Shown here: positions 31,512-32,000 of the stretch, piece by piece
Layout of the letters: every line of letters begins with the position of its first letter
Numbering within the stretch: position 1 is the first letter of the stretch
From: Candidatus Saccharimonadota bacterium
Lineage (GTDB): Bacteria > Patescibacteriota > Saccharimonadia > Saccharimonadales > UBA4665
Assembly (NCBI GenBank): GCA_002952755.1
Contig: CP025011.1
Coordinates: 1,320,001-1,352,000, forward strand
Length of the DNA: 32,000 nucleotides
Direction: 5' to 3'
Position numbers and translations under genes: made by a program
Notes under the pieces: model-generated
Seen by the model: the letters and a program-made list of their open reading frames with translations, nothing else
Databases searched by the model: none
Told to the model about the DNA's origin: nothing

Positions 31512-31592
31512 TGTTCCTCCTATGGAATTCGCTTTTATGCGAATGTATGCAAGACAAAATCCTCACACACAGGTTAGTTAATAACAGAGATA

Positions 31593-31622
31593 ATTATACT
31601 ATAAAGAAGTAGTCTTTGGCAA
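31593..31622 (-). promoter_or_regulatory. Sigma70-type promoter candidate for rpsF-ssb-rpsR: TTGCCA-N18-TATAAT
   Basis: On the minus strand the -35 is at 31622-31617 and the -10 at 31598-31593. This predicts a 5' UTR of about 75 nt containing an ATTCGC/GCGAAT hairpin just before the Shine-Dalgarno. Confidence 0.45.
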
Positions 31623-31662
31623 ATATAGGCACGCTGTTGGCTGCATTATACTCCGCTTCAGA

Positions 31663-31995
31663 CTACAGCCGAATGCTGCCATCTTGATTATCCGGAAGAC
31701 CCAACCTCTCCCTTGCCCGCCGGGTCTTACTGTTCTGGGCAAACCCATAAGCCGTGGCAGACAGTAACAGGAAAGAAAGTCCCTCAAGATACGGTAAAGA
31801 CGTACGTGATACTTCATGTATCACTGTAGAAATATGCGTGCCTGGCGACACCAGCTTAGCATGGCTTAAAAAGGATGCTGTAAAGCCAGGGCAGGATTGC
31901 TCCATATAAAATAATATCGCTTCTTGTTTCTCGAATAGGGTCGAATCCTCGGTGCCCAAAGTGGGATTCTCGGTCATAAGGGTCTCATTTGTCAT
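31663..31995 (-). CDS. Hypothetical protein (weak call at the window edge)
   Basis: The 110-aa ORF has no recognisable motif. The start is 5 nt from the window end, so the upstream context is invisible. It is the only sizeable ORF in this stretch that does not overlap the rpsF promoter. Confidence 0.3.
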   Translation of the reverse strand: MTNETLMTENPTLGTEDSTLFEKQEAILFYMEQSCPGFTASFLSHAKLVSPGTHISTVIHEVSRTSLPYLEGLSFLLLSATAYGFAQNSKTRRARERLGLPDNQDGSIRL

Positions 31996-32000
31996 CGCAA

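Noticed and set aside
31599-31817. 72-aa minus-strand ORF
   Set aside because: It overlaps the rpsF promoter candidate and the other, longer ORF (31663-31995) out of frame. There is no supporting signal.
1-32000. CRISPR arrays, IS elements or transposases, rRNA genes, prophage genes, and an alternative genetic code
   Set aside because: I saw no short regularly spaced repeats, transposase-like ORFs or terminal inverted repeats. TGA functions as a stop in several ATGA start/stop overlaps (pilO/small ORF, anchor/662-aa gene), and all long ORFs close normally. Code 11 is therefore adequate.

Overview
This is a gene-dense bacterial window. By the coordinates of the called genes, well over 90% is coding or tRNA, and many neighbouring genes overlap by 1-11 nt, including ATGA-type start/stop overlaps. 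TGA is used as a stop codon, so the standard code applies.

Content from left to right:
- A SAM methyltransferase.
- A minus-strand block: ndk, tRNA-Arg(CCT), a PH-domain membrane protein, a parvulin PPIase, tRNA-Asp(GTC) and an ImmA/IrrE-like HExxH protein.
- A Xer-type tyrosine recombinase.
- A complete type IV pilus (T4P) locus with no secretin in the window, at 5281-16731 on the minus strand. Its order is pilM-pilN-pilO-small ORF-pilB-pilT-pilC-pilA-pilD followed by four minor pilins.
- Housekeeping genes: ychF, a Crp/Fnr regulator, a PRTase-like gene, tlyA, a 2H phosphoesterase, efp and rpsF-ssb-rpsR.

The most unusual part lies directly upstream of pilM, at 16779-22049. It is a tandem duplication of a two-gene module. 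Each module encodes a small single-pass anchor protein followed by a large signal-peptide protein. The two large proteins share a nearly identical C-terminal region of about 320 aa, including a 50-nt perfect DNA identity run and an identical ...SLPPIL tail. Their N-terminal head domains are unrelated, and one carries a lectin-like jelly-roll signature. I read these modules as a candidate modular, pilus-associated adhesin system that I cannot assign to any described family.

A divergently transcribed pair of orphan cytoplasmic proteins (22198-24988) sits next to it.

Many operon-leading genes carry a TGnTAnnnT extended -10 element only 6-10 nt upstream of the start codon, which suggests leaderless mRNAs.

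The T4P locus without a secretin, the small-genome compaction and the gene content suggest a monoderm-type, reduced-genome bacterium, possibly CPR/Patescibacteria and Saccharibacteria-like. That taxonomic call is inference only.

I saw no CRISPR array, IS element or rRNA. All calls rest on reading the sequence and ORF track by eye; no searches were run.
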